From positions 6,739 to 70,738 of the forward strand of contig PMYD01000085.1 in assembly GCA_003171335.1 (NCBI GenBank): 64,000 nucleotides of DNA. Reading direction: 5' to 3'. This document shows positions 26,864-38,000 of this stretch, piece by piece. The notes below the pieces were generated by a model, which did not search any database, was not told the DNA's origin, and worked only from the letters and a program-made list of their open reading frames with translations. Source of the stretch: Phycisphaerales bacterium (GTDB lineage Bacteria; Planctomycetota; Phycisphaerae; SM23-33; FEN-1343). Both the position numbers and the translations under genes were made by a program. Position 1 is the stretch's first letter, and each line of letters begins with the position of its first letter.

Positions 26864-29617
26864 CTAAGGCTCTTGCCGAATGATGATGCGCCCCAGGCGA
26901 GCGCCAGGCTCAGCGGCTCGAAAGACCAGCCTGTGCTCGCCCTTGGCCATCGGGAAGATCCGCGGGTTTCGCGTCAGAGGCTGCCGGTTGTCGCGGCCGT
27001 TGACAGGGTGCCAATGCCACTTGCCCACGAGCGCCTTGGAGCGCGAGGTGACCGGGTCGGCGTTGATGTCGAACACATCCTCCGCCCATCCGTCGACGGA
27101 GACGTAGAAGCAACTCCCGCGGCTTCCGCAGACCCTGGCCCAGACGACGTAATCGCTCGAGGCCGGCACGGTAAAGGTGAAGGCCGCCGCGCCTTTGCCC
27201 TTCTCGGCGCAGGTGAGGCACGTGCCCCCGTCGGCCTTGTCATCGTCGATGCGTTTCATGGACTCGGTGAGGTGGGCATGATTGACGCCCAGCTCGATCG
27301 TGATGGGCAGGTCGATCTCGGCAACATCGGCAATCGCGAAAGCCACCTGATAGTCGCCACTGGTGTTGCCGTATTCATCCTGCGCCTTGATGTAGTACAC
27401 GTGCGAGCCGGCCAGCAGTTGCCACAGTGTGGCCTGGTGATTCAGCCCATCGGTGCTGGTCAGCGTGCCCTTCATGTCCGCAAACGCCACGCCGGGCGTG
27501 TCGGCGTATCGGCAGAGGGTCTTCTTGGTCGTGCACGCCGACAACGTGGTCGCGGTGCGTTTGTTTTCGAGCTTTTCGCTGGAGTCCCAACCTTTGACGG
27601 TGCGATTGGGCCGGCCGTCATAAAGCATGGGCGCTTCGGTGTCGGGCTCGACAGTAAACCTGCCTTCCACAACCGAGGAAGGCTGCAGGCCATCCCGGAA
27701 GGCACGGGCCTTGATCGTCGTGGTCTGGCGCACGACCAGGGGCTGGGCGTACAGGGGCGAGTCCACGGTCGGTTCGCTGCCATCGGTTGTGCAGCGGATT
27801 TGCGCATCCGGCGTTCCCACGGTCAGCGGCATGCGCAGCGCGACCGCAGCCTTTCCCGTGAAGGTCCCTGCGGCCGGCCAGAGGACCGGCGCGGCGACAG
27901 CGCCCGGGGCGGGTGGCGGGGTGACGACATGGTACGCCGCAATTCCCGCCGTATCGATCGGGCCGTCAAACCCAGACCCGCCGGCGCCCACGTAGCCGTA
28001 GCTGGCGCCGGAACGGTCGGGTGAGACCCAGAAGGCGTACAACTTGGCATCGGTCAGGCGAAACCGCAGCCGGACCGGCTTACCCGCCAGCGCTGACAGA
28101 TCATCAGCGCCCTCCCACGTGATGGCCGCCAGGGTCTTGTTGACGCTGATGCGGTGACACGCCGCCAGCCGGAAAGGCGGCAGGGGAGCGCCGTTGGCAT
28201 CCAGCACCTCGGCGCGAAGTTCGCCGCCGGCCGCATCCACGTTCACAAAGAGGTACTTGCCCTTGAAGCTGAGCGGGCGAGTCGTCAGCGTTCCGCCCTT
28301 GGACGGCCCATCCATGGAGATGAACCCATCCCGCCGCAGCGTCGCCAGGGCGGTCGAGGTGGACCTTCCCCCGCGCCCCGTGACGAAGAAGTAGAGCCAG
28401 TCGCCCACGATTGCCGCGCCGCCCATGGTGGGCTGGACGTTGATCCAGTTCCACGTGCCGTACACGTCCGATACCGGGAAGTACGGCCGGCGGTCCGGGC
28501 GGCTCCAGCTCCACCCATCGCGGCTGAAGCCTACGCAGACCTCGTTGGGCTTGTGCCGATAGACCGGTTCGCCGCGGAAGATGACGAACTGACCCAGCAT
28601 CAGGCTTTCGTAGGCGACGACGTCCTGGCTGTACACCTCGCAACTGCCCGCGTCGATCTCGGCACGCACGGGGTCGGCCGAGTCGGCGCCCACCCACAAG
28701 GGAGCCTGGACAATCGGCCCTTGATTTGCGTCCAAATTCCACCATGGCCCCACGGCCGGGTCGCGGGTCTCCCAGTAGCGCCGCGATCGGGGGAACGTCC
28801 AGCCGTGCCGCATGTTGAGCACCCAGACCTTGCGGAACGGGTTGTAGAAGAACCGGCTGGCGTCGCCGCAGTCGGCATGGGTGGCGATGACCTTGCCCCA
28901 GTGATACCCATCGCTCGAGAAGCGGACCCAGTACCGGCACTTCTGGTCGATGAAGCAGATGGGGTAGATCATCTTGTAGCGACGCTGGGGGTCCTTCTCA
29001 TCGTAGTCGGGCCAGACCATGGAGTGGATGTTCTTACCGACTTTCTTGTCGCTATCGTCGGCGGTGATGGTGACGTTGCCGCCGGTCTGGTCCCAGTGAA
29101 TGCCATCGACCGAAGTGGCAAAGCCGCTCAACCCCTTCTCGGGGTAACCGCCCCAGGCCTTGAAGATCTTCTCCTGGGGATCCCACCACACGCTGCCGGC
29201 CATGCCGTGCATGATTGGGTTGCCCGGGTAGTACTCCGGCAGATGCAGGTTTCTCTCCAGCGTCGTGGACTCGATGAGAAAGTCATCCACGAAGAGCTGA
29301 CGGCCCACATCGATGGGGATCACCGCCGGCGGCGCTTTGAGATAGAAGGGCTCCACCGGGTCCGTCGGCAAGGTCTCCGGCTGCGGCGGCCACTCCTTCG
29401 GCAGGACAATGCCGTTGTAAAGCCGTTGGGGGCCTTCGGCATCCGCTAGCGTTGGTGCGAGTAGCACAAGGAGTAATGCAAACAGAATTGTCAAGGAGAG
29501 CAAAGATGGCACAAGACACCTCGCTGACGGCAACCTCGCGACGCAGGACTCCACCTCTCCCATTTCCGCACGCGAGGTCAGATTGTCAACAGAATTCCTC
29601 ACGCTGTCTTTGTCCAT
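26864..29617 (-). CDS. Secreted multidomain glycoside-hydrolase-like protein (beta-propeller-like N-domain, chitobiase/hexosaminidase C-terminal-type domain, CBM-like C-terminus)
   Basis: Signal/TM LVPSLLSLTILFALLLVLLAPTLADA. Repeated S.DG.HW motifs (FATSVDGIHWDQ, VRFSSDGYHWGK, GFSRDGWSWSRPD) are typical of 5-bladed propeller GH folds. IRCTTDGSEPTVDSPLYAQPLVV...IKARAFRDG is CHB_HEX_C-type. An N-terminal paralog lies at 63600..64000. Confidence 0.7.
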   Translation of the reverse strand: MDKDSVRNSVDNLTSRAEMGEVESCVARLPSARCLVPSLLSLTILFALLLVLLAPTLADAEGPQRLYNGIVLPKEWPPQPETLPTDPVEPFYLKAPPAVIPIDVGRQLFVDDFLIESTTLERNLHLPEYYPGNPIMHGMAGSVWWDPQEKIFKAWGGYPEKGLSGFATSVDGIHWDQTGGNVTITADDSDKKVGKNIHSMVWPDYDEKDPQRRYKMIYPICFIDQKCRYWVRFSSDGYHWGKVIATHADCGDASRFFYNPFRKVWVLNMRHGWTFPRSRRYWETRDPAVGPWWNLDANQGPIVQAPLWVGADSADPVRAEIDAGSCEVYSQDVVAYESLMLGQFVIFRGEPVYRHKPNEVCVGFSRDGWSWSRPDRRPYFPVSDVYGTWNWINVQPTMGGAAIVGDWLYFFVTGRGGRSTSTALATLRRDGFISMDGPSKGGTLTTRPLSFKGKYLFVNVDAAGGELRAEVLDANGAPLPPFRLAACHRISVNKTLAAITWEGADDLSALAGKPVRLRFRLTDAKLYAFWVSPDRSGASYGYVGAGGSGFDGPIDTAGIAAYHVVTPPPAPGAVAAPVLWPAAGTFTGKAAVALRMPLTVGTPDAQIRCTTDGSEPTVDSPLYAQPLVVRQTTTIKARAFRDGLQPSSVVEGRFTVEPDTEAPMLYDGRPNRTVKGWDSSEKLENKRTATTLSACTTKKTLCRYADTPGVAFADMKGTLTSTDGLNHQATLWQLLAGSHVYYIKAQDEYGNTSGDYQVAFAIADVAEIDLPITIELGVNHAHLTESMKRIDDDKADGGTCLTCAEKGKGAAAFTFTVPASSDYVVWARVCGSRGSCFYVSVDGWAEDVFDINADPVTSRSKALVGKWHWHPVNGRDNRQPLTRNPRIFPMAKGEHRLVFRAAEPGARLGRIIIRQEP

Positions 29618-29711
29618 GCAGGTTTTTTAACCACTATCGATGGGATCCAGATGGCATCGGTCCCTCTCCGCCGTTCGAAGGAATGGAACTGCCTGTCCCA
29701 GCCGCCGCGCC

Positions 29712-30668
29712 CTACGCATAGCTGTGCAGCCCGCCGAAAATACGGGACAGGTTCACCCACAGCAGCGTGATGATCACGCCGGCCACACCCGCCAGGGCAA
29801 GGATTGAGTTGATCGACTTAAATCGCCCGCCGGTCATGGAACGGAAATGCAGGTAGGCGGCGAAGGTCAGCCAGGTGGCCAGGCTCCAGAGTTCCTTGGG
29901 GTCCCAGTTCCACCAGTCGCCCCAGGCGCGTTTGCCCCAGACGGCGCCCAGGATCAGCCCCAGCGTCAGCGGGGGCATGGCCAGGCAGACCATCTGGTAG
30001 GCGCCGTGCTCGCACGAGCGCCAGGGCGGCCATCGTCGCGGCCAGCCGGCCAGTTGGCCGATGGCCAGGATGCCCGCCTTGGCGACGAGCATGTAGCCGA
30101 TCATGTAGGCCGCCACGTGCGGGGCGAAGAGGCCGCTTTGCAAGGCGGGCGGCAGTTGCTGGGGCCAGGGGTCCATCACGAAGGCCGCCGGGAAGAGCAC
30201 CGCCGCACCCAGCAGGGCGTCCCAGGCATCGCCGCCGACACGCCGCACCCGGCCCAGCAGCCAGACCAGGAAGGCCGCCGGCCCCAGGCACAGGAAGACT
30301 TCGTACATGCTCTGCATGGGCACGTGGCCGGCGCGAACCCAGCGCACGATCACGGCCGCCACGGCGGCGGCAAAACCCAGGGCGAAAATGGCCGGCCCGG
30401 TGCAAGCCTGCGGCGAGGGCCCAAGGTCCGCGCCCAGCTCCGCGCCGTGCTCCTCGCCATCGACTTCGTTGCCGCCGCTGGGGGTCTCGGCGTCGGCGGC
30501 GAGGCGCAAGCGGCCGGCGAATCGGCGGCGGCCGAAAACGGCCGAGGCGGCCATCGTGATGAAAGCCGCCAGGTAGGCGGCAAACGCCGCAACAACCAGC
30601 GGTCTCTCGCCCGAAATATTCATCTCCAGCACGCTCATATTCAGTTTACGAGTATAGCGTTTAGCCAT
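29712..30668 (-). CDS. ccsA: Cytochrome c biogenesis protein CcsA/ResC (heme-handling WWD family)
   Basis: WGKRAWGDWWNWDPKELWSLATWLTFAAYLHFR (WWD motif plus conserved His) and a multi-TM profile. Confidence 0.85.
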   Translation of the reverse strand: MAKRYTRKLNMSVLEMNISGERPLVVAAFAAYLAAFITMAASAVFGRRRFAGRLRLAADAETPSGGNEVDGEEHGAELGADLGPSPQACTGPAIFALGFAAAVAAVIVRWVRAGHVPMQSMYEVFLCLGPAAFLVWLLGRVRRVGGDAWDALLGAAVLFPAAFVMDPWPQQLPPALQSGLFAPHVAAYMIGYMLVAKAGILAIGQLAGWPRRWPPWRSCEHGAYQMVCLAMPPLTLGLILGAVWGKRAWGDWWNWDPKELWSLATWLTFAAYLHFRSMTGGRFKSINSILALAGVAGVIITLLWVNLSRIFGGLHSYA

Positions 30669-30811
30669 GGGCGCGGTTAGAGGGGGGTATGCTTGCCGCG
30701 AACGAGCAGGCGGGTGCGCATGTCACCTCGACTTCTTGTTGAGGTCGTTCCGCTTTCTTGACACCCGCAATCGCGGCGGGAGTCTGCCTTGACAGCCGCA
30801 AAAACAAACTC

Positions 30812-30840
30812 TTGCCAGCCGCGAAGGCTGCTTTTATCAT
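30812..30840 (+). promoter_or_regulatory. Sigma70-like promoter for the HNH gene
   Basis: TTGCCA (30812-30817), a 17-nt spacer, then TATCAT (30835-30840). Two CTTGACAsCCGCAA direct repeats lie just upstream (30757-30800). Confidence 0.45.
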
Positions 30841-30905
30841 GCACCTGAGTCTGGGCCGGCTTGGGCCGGCCAGCGTTTGTCACTGCCAGTTGGCCGGAGG
30901 GCTTT

Positions 30906-31541
30906 GTGACGACCGCCGTCGCCAGTGCATTGGACGCCAGCGTCCTGGTGCTGAATAAATACTACGCGGCCATTCGCGTGGTCAACGTGCGTCGCGCGCT
31001 GTCGCTGGTGTACCGCGACCTGGCCGAGGTCGTGCACGTGGAGGATGGGGCGTTCACCGGCCATGATTTCGAGTCGTGGCGCGAAGTCAGCCAGGCCCGC
31101 GCCGGCTACCAGCGCCACGGCCACGACTGGATCCGCTGTGTGCGCTTCGAGCTGGCCGTGCCGCGGATCATCCGGCTGCTGATTTACGAGCGGCTGCCGC
31201 GCCAGAGCGTGAAGTTTAACCGTCGGAACATCTATGCCCGTGACTCCAGCCGCTGCCAGTACTGCGGCAGCCGGCTGCCGACAAGCGAGCTCTCACTCGA
31301 TCACGTGGTGCCGCGCAGCCAGGGCGGCAAGAGCACCTGGGACAACATCGTCTGCTGCTGCATCCGCTGCAATGTCCGCAAGGGCGGCCGGAGGCCCGAA
31401 GAGGCCCACATGCGGCTGATCACCAAGCCGGTCAAACCCAAGCGGCCGCCGGCCATCACGGTGCGGCTGACCAGCGAAAAGTACGCCTCGTGGAAGCAGT
31501 TCCTCGATAACGCGTACTGGTCGGTTGAGCTGAAAGAGTGA
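30906..31541 (+). CDS. HNH endonuclease family protein
   Basis: RCQYCGSRLPTSELSLDHVVPRSQGGKSTWDNIVCCCIRCNVRKG (HNH with Zn-binding Cys pairs). I chose GTG 30906 because GGAGGG lies 5 nt upstream; the tracked start is TTG 30861. Confidence 0.85.
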   Translation: MTTAVASALDASVLVLNKYYAAIRVVNVRRALSLVYRDLAEVVHVEDGAFTGHDFESWREVSQARAGYQRHGHDWIRCVRFELAVPRIIRLLIYERLPRQSVKFNRRNIYARDSSRCQYCGSRLPTSELSLDHVVPRSQGGKSTWDNIVCCCIRCNVRKGGRRPEEAHMRLITKPVKPKRPPAITVRLTSEKYASWKQFLDNAYWSVELKE

Positions 31542-31935
31542 TGGGAAAGCAGATTCGTGCCGACACCAATGTTCTTTGGTGTCATTGTGCAGGGGGGCAA
31601 CCTCAGAGCACTACATATTGTGGCCACCGAGCTTCTTTCTGCCAGAAACAGTTCCCGCGCGTGTTTTATGTGTGTGGTATATCCCATACACTTATCTTCC
31701 GATGGAGAGGTTGAGCAACCGTTGCTACATTTCCGGATAACGACCGACCCGTCTGGCATTTTTCCGGCAAATCCACGCCGGCCGGCCGGTAAACTGGGTC
31801 TGCCCGAAGGAGCGACCGGCCTGGAATCACCCGAATAGAGCAATCTGGCTTGGGCCTGCGGCGGCTTAACCCGTTTCAAAAGCTCGTGGCATGGGCCGCT
31901 CAGCGAACCGGAAGCCTTCGGCGGACGAAGTTATG

Positions 31936-31965
31936 TTGACGGCATTGCGCCGATGGTCTTAGACT
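31936..31965 (+). promoter_or_regulatory. Possible sigma70-like promoter for the 8-kb gene
   Basis: TTGACG (31936-31941), an 18-nt spacer, then TAGACT (31960-31965). Confidence 0.35.
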
Positions 31966-32070
31966 CCGGTCCGACAGGAACTTGCCTGACGGGTAACGGG
32001 GTCGCGCGGCGGCCAAGGGCGAAGCTATTGACCCTGCGGCTCACGGCGGCAGGGGGGAGTTGGAGGTCGA

Positions 32071-35000
32071 ATGATGAGGAATGGACACGACGGCGGCAGG
32101 CGCCCTCGCAATCACAAGTCCCTCAAGGCCGTCTCGGCGGTGGAATCGCTGGAGCAGCGCCTGTTCCTGACCGCCGCCCCCACCGACCCCTACGAACCCA
32201 ACGATACGGCGGCCACGGCCACCAACCTGACCAACCTGGCGGGAAACTGGCTGTCCGACATGCAGGGGCGGGCTATTGCCAGCAGCAACGACGTGGATTG
32301 GTACACCATCGAGGTGGGCAGCCAGGCCGGCGACCCGGCACGGCATGTCCATCTGTATTTTCGAAGTCCGACAGCCGGCGGCCGCCTCCAGGTGACCGTC
32401 TACGACTCGACGGGGCTAAATGCGATCAACAATGCGACGGTGCAGGTTCCTGTGGACACCTCGCCCACCTCGCGGAACGCCAGCATTGACCTGGGAATCC
32501 TGCAACCGGGCACGTATGCCGTGAAGGTGGTCAATGGCGGCGGGGCGTCGGCGGCGGCGCTGTCGTACGACATGAAGTGGGATGCGGTGATCCCCGCGGA
32601 TGATCCTTATGAGCCCAACAACAACCAGGCCCAGGCGTACAACCTGGACGGCAGCGCCGGCAAGTGGCTCAGCCAGTTCCAGGGCCAGGGCCGCCAGTAC
32701 GATGAAGACTGGTACCAGTTTTACGTGCCCGCGGGGTACACGCGCGTGGCCCTGGACCTGCTGTTCAAGAATGCCGACGGCGATCTGCGGCTGGGGCTTT
32801 TCGATTCCTCGGGGGTAAGCGTCGCTTCGGCCGACACGCTTAACGACGGCGAGCACCTGGTTAGCGTCGTGGCCGCACCCGGCTGGTACGACGCCGTCGT
32901 CTCGGGCCCCGATTTGGGCACGGCCTACGATCTTCGCTGGACAGCGCTGCCCACCTCCGACCCGTACGGCGATATCAGTACGGCGGCCAAGGCTCAGGAC
33001 CTGACCAATGCGAAGGGCAAGCCGCTGACGGATGTGAACGGCTGGGCCATCGTCAACGGGCAGGACTGGTACTCGATTCCCATCACGGCCGATACGCTGC
33101 ACCTGTCGGTGCAGACCACCACGCTGCCCGGCGGCGTGTACGAGGTCGACACGCTGACGCCCTCGACGCCGGTCCAGGACGTGTGGCAACTGACGGCCGC
33201 CGCCACGCCCGCCAGCGGCGGCTTCTTCACGCTGATGGTCAATGGCCAGATGACGCCTGCCATCGCGTACAACGCGCCGGCCGCCGATATTCAAACGGCC
33301 ATCAACGACGCCCTGGGCGCCAACAGCGTGACGGCCGTCGATGCCAATGGCGGTTTAGCCGCCGCCGGCGGCGGCACCTGCGCGCTCAGCTTTGCCGCCG
33401 CGCTGGGCCCGGTGGCGGTGACGGCCGACGTTTCCGCCCTGGTGGGCAACTCTCCTGCGCTGACCGAGGTGACGCCCGGCGCGGCGGTTGCCGGCGGCAC
33501 GTTCACCATCACCGTGGATGGTGTGACGACGGCCCCGATCAACTACAACGCCACGCCCGATTCCATCCAGCAGACGCTGGAGAGTCTCTCCATTCTGGGT
33601 CCCGGCGATGTGACGGTCACCGGCGGGCCGGCCAACACGGCGCCGGTAGTCATGACCTTCCAGCCGCTACTCGGCGTGCCCAATCCAACGATTTCGATCG
33701 ATGCCAGCGGTCTGACCGGCGGGGGAACAATCTCGTTGACCAATGTCACCCAGGGCGCATGCCCGCCTGTCCATCTGACGCTATACGGCAGCGACGGCAC
33801 TACCGTAGCGGCCACGAGCTCCGACGGCTCGGCCACATCCGTCGACGGGAATCTCGAGGCCGACCTGATAATCCCCGGCACGTACTACGTCGAGGTCACC
33901 GGGCAGACCGACGAGGCGTACTCGCTGACGTGGAACAGCTACGCCAAGGCAGATGCCTACGGCGACAACGACTACCAGCAGACGGCTTACGACCTGGGCA
34001 GTGCGACGTCCGGCTCGCTTTCAGGGCTCAAGGGGCTCGGTGTGCTGGCCGACAGCGATTATTACGTTCTGCACGTCGCCTCCAACCGCCCCAACCTGTA
34101 CGTCGAAAGCCTCTTCAACGGCGACCAGGGCAATCTCAATATGGCGCTGTATGCCCCCGACGGCACGCCCCTGGCCGACCCCGGCGCCAACGAGATCCAG
34201 ACGTTGGCCTCCACCGCCGCGGGGCAGAAAGTCGTTCTGACGGCCGGCGCCCCGGCGGCCACGGGCGGCACGTTCAGCATCACCGTCGGCACCCAGACCG
34301 CCAGCTTTAACTATAACGACACGGCGGCAACCATTCAGGCCGGGCTGGCGGCCTTGTCCTCGGTGGGCACGGGTGAGGTCACCGCCGTCGACGGCGGCGG
34401 CGGCCTGGGCCTTGTCGGCGGCACGTGCACGGTGAGCTTCGACCCATCGCTCGGGGCCGTTCCCATCTCCATCGACCTCAGCGGCCTGACCGGCGGCGCC
34501 GACACGCAGACCATTACGCCCAACACCGCCATTACGGGCGGCACGTACACGATCACCGTCGACGGTCACACCACCGCCGCGATTGCGTACAACGCCGATG
34601 ACGCCGCGATCCAAACGGCCCTCGAAGCGCTGCCCAATATCGCGCAAGGCGATGTGACCGTCACCGGCGGCCCGCTGAGCAGCGCGGCGGCCGCGCTGAA
34701 TTTTTCGGGCAACTTGAGCTTCACGAAGGTCAACGTCTCGGTTGACGCCAGCGCCATCACCGGCGGCCCCACGATCACCAGCACCGAAACCACTCAGGGT
34801 ACGGTTCCACTTAACCAGGCGCAGACCACGGCCACCGGCTCGCGCATTTATGCCCAGCTTCCTTCCAGCGTGCTGACAGCCGGCAAGGTGTACATCGCCT
34901 TTACCGGCGGCAACGGCGGCAACAGCTACGACTTGAAGTGGCAATCCGCCGGGCCGGATGATGCCTACGAACCCAACGACACCGCCGCTGCGGCTCACGA

Positions 35001-38000
35001 CCTGAGCAGCTCGCCAGCCACCTGGCTGTCGGCCCTATCCGGCGTCGGTGTGCAGAAAAATGCCGACTGGTACAGCATTCCCGTGTCCCAGGCCCGTTCC
35101 CACGTGTATGTCACCTGCGGCTTTGACACCAACGTGGGCGGCATCACGATGGACCTGTTGGCCTCCGACGGCACGACGCCGCTGGCCTCCGCTGCGGCGG
35201 TCGACAACGGGTCGATCATCTCGTTCAACGTCACGGGCGCATCGCTTACCGCGGGCAAGGTGTACGTGCGCATCACCGGCAGCAACGCCGGCAACCTGTA
35301 CGATCTGGAGTGGAATTCCGCAGCCGCACAGGATGCGTACGGCGACAACAGCACGCCACCCGGGGCTTACGACCTGGGCGACGCCACCAGCGGCTCCCTG
35401 AGCGCTGCGGCAGGCCAGGCCATCCTGGGCACTCAGGGTTTTTATCGCCTGCACGTAGATTCGAGCCACCCGACGCTCCTGGTGGACACCATGTTCGATC
35501 CGAACCAGGGCAATTTGAACGTGGATCTGCTGGACCCCAACGCCAATGAAGTGGAGACGCTGGCGCCCGCGCCCGCCGCGGAGGTGGTCAAGCTGAGCAC
35601 GCAAAGTGCCGCCACCGGCGGCACCTACACGCTGACCGTGGGCGGCCAGACGACAAGCGCGCTGGCCTACAACGCCTCGGCGGCCGACATCCAGGCGGCC
35701 ATGGCAGCGCTTTCCACCGTCGGCGCCGGCAATGTCACGGCCACGGATGATCCGACGCTTGGCGGCCTGGCCGCCGGCGGCTCCTGCACGCTGAGCTTCG
35801 CGGCAGGGCTGGGGGCGCTGGACGTGACCGGCGATTTCACCGGCCTGACCGGAACCGCGCCCACGCTCACGGAAGTGACGCATGGCGGGGTCATTACCGG
35901 CGGCAACTTCACCATCACCGTCGACGGCCAGACCACGGCGCCGATCGCCTACAATGCCGCCAGCCAGGATATCCAGGCCGCGCTGAACGCGCTGAGCAAC
36001 ATCACGGCCGGCGATGTGAGCGTCACCGGCGGCCCGGCTAATTCCGCGGCGGTGGTGCTGACCTTCGGCGGCAAGATGGGCCTGCGCTACGTGCCGGTTT
36101 CCGTGGCCATCGGCCAGCTTACCGGCGGGGTCATTACCGCCGCCGAGACCCATCAGGGCGGCCAGCCGCTGGCCTCGGGCTCACGCATCCTGATGCAACT
36201 GCCTCCGGAGGTGTTGACGGCGGGCTACTGCTACCTGCGCGTCAGCCCGGTCCAGCTCAACGCCCAGGTCACCAGCCAGGGTATACCGTACGACCTGTCC
36301 TGGAAAACCGGCGTGGTCGGGGCTAACGGCCAAGATGCCTTCCAGGGCCCCAACGGAATCGCGACCTCCTCGAACGCGTATGATTTGTCCGCGCATAAAG
36401 GCCAGTGGCTTAGCGACATCGCCGGGCTGGCCATCCTGAATAATCAAGAGTACTTCAAGCTGGCCGTCACGGCCGCTCAGCCGCGTATGCTGGTCCAGGC
36501 TCGATTCAATGCTTCCGTCGACCCCAACGATTTTCTGCTGCAGATCTTCGCGCAGGACGGTACGACCGAGCTCGCCAGGGGCACAACCGCCAGCGGCGGC
36601 ATGGCGGCCTGGGCGGTGATGCCGCCGTCGGTCATCAAGGCTGGCTACTGTTACGTGCTGGTCAGCAGCGGCGCGGGCGACTATATGGGCGCTGCCTACG
36701 ACCTGAAGTGGGATGGGGGCGTCGGCGCTGACCAGTACGGCGCCAACTCCGGCGGCACGTCGGTCGCCGAGAATGACACGATGCAAACGGCCTACCCGCT
36801 GCCGGCCAACCCCCAGGGCCAGTGGCTCAGCCAGATCACCGGCAAGGGTCCGGCCATGGCGATCGATTCGCACTACTATCGCCTCACCCTGACGGCCGGT
36901 CAGCCGCGCGTGGTCGTCCAGACCCAGGCGATGGCGTTCCTGGGCGCCGTGACCGTCTGGCTGTACAAGTCGGACGGCACGCTGCTGGCCCAATCGCAGC
37001 CTCTGCCCGGCGGCGCGCTCTTGACCACCGTGGTGGGGGCCGACGTGATGGCCGATGGCGCTTGCTACATTCTCATCACCAGCCAGACCATCAGCCAGAC
37101 CGGCAACGTCGTGCCCAAGGGCATCCTGTACGACTTCTCGTACCAGACGATGGCGGCCGACGACGGCAGCACGCTGAATGATTCCCTGCAACACGCGCGC
37201 GACATCTCTGGCCAGCAGGATGTGAACATCCCGGCGATTTCAGGCAATGCCTCCGGCAACGACGACTGGTATTCCGTCACCGTGCCCGCCAACTCGCGCC
37301 TTCTCGACGCTTCCGTAAGCGACGCGGCGAACCTGGCGATGACCCTCTCGCTCTACGACAACCAGGGCACTCTCCTGGAGAGCGGGGGATTCTTCAACGG
37401 CCGGTCCAGCGTGAACGATACGATGCCCGCGGCCGGAACGTATGTGCTGAAGGCGCACATGGACCAGGTGGGCGTGCCGTATACCCTGCACTGGGATGCG
37501 CAGGAAGCCGCCTCGCAGATCCTCGTCGGTGCGGGCGGGGCCTCCAGCGTGAAATTCGCTGATGCCGACGGCACGAATGTGACCGTCACCGCCGCCGGCG
37601 GCGGGGCGATCGTGTTGAGTTTCCTGGGCGGCAACATCGCCTCTACCCTCAGCAACGGCGTGGCCACCGTGACGGCGCAAGCGGGTACGCTACAGTTGGA
37701 TACGATTGACCTGTCCAGCGCCACGCGGCAAACCCACATCACCATCACCACCGACAGCCACGGCGACGGGCGCACGGCGGTCAATTCCATCATCGGCGAT
37801 GCCGTCGTCGGCAGCTTCTACGCCCGGACGACCGACGTGGTCGGCCAGGGCGTCAGCATGATCGCCAATGGGTGCATCAGCCAGCTCACGTTGGGGGCGA
37901 TGGGCACCGGCACGGCGATGATCATGACGGGTTCAGGCGTGACCACGGGCTTGGTTCTCAACGCCAGCCTCTTCTCCGGCAACATGATCGCCGTCGTCGG

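Noticed and set aside
31542-32070. Riboswitch (for example c-di-GMP class I) upstream of the giant adhesin-like gene; likewise 19025..19193.
   Set aside because: I found none of the conserved GEMM-type motifs in the predicted 5' UTRs. The only feature is a plain 8-bp hairpin (gacaccaa-tgttct-ttggtgtc, 31562-31583) after the HNH gene.
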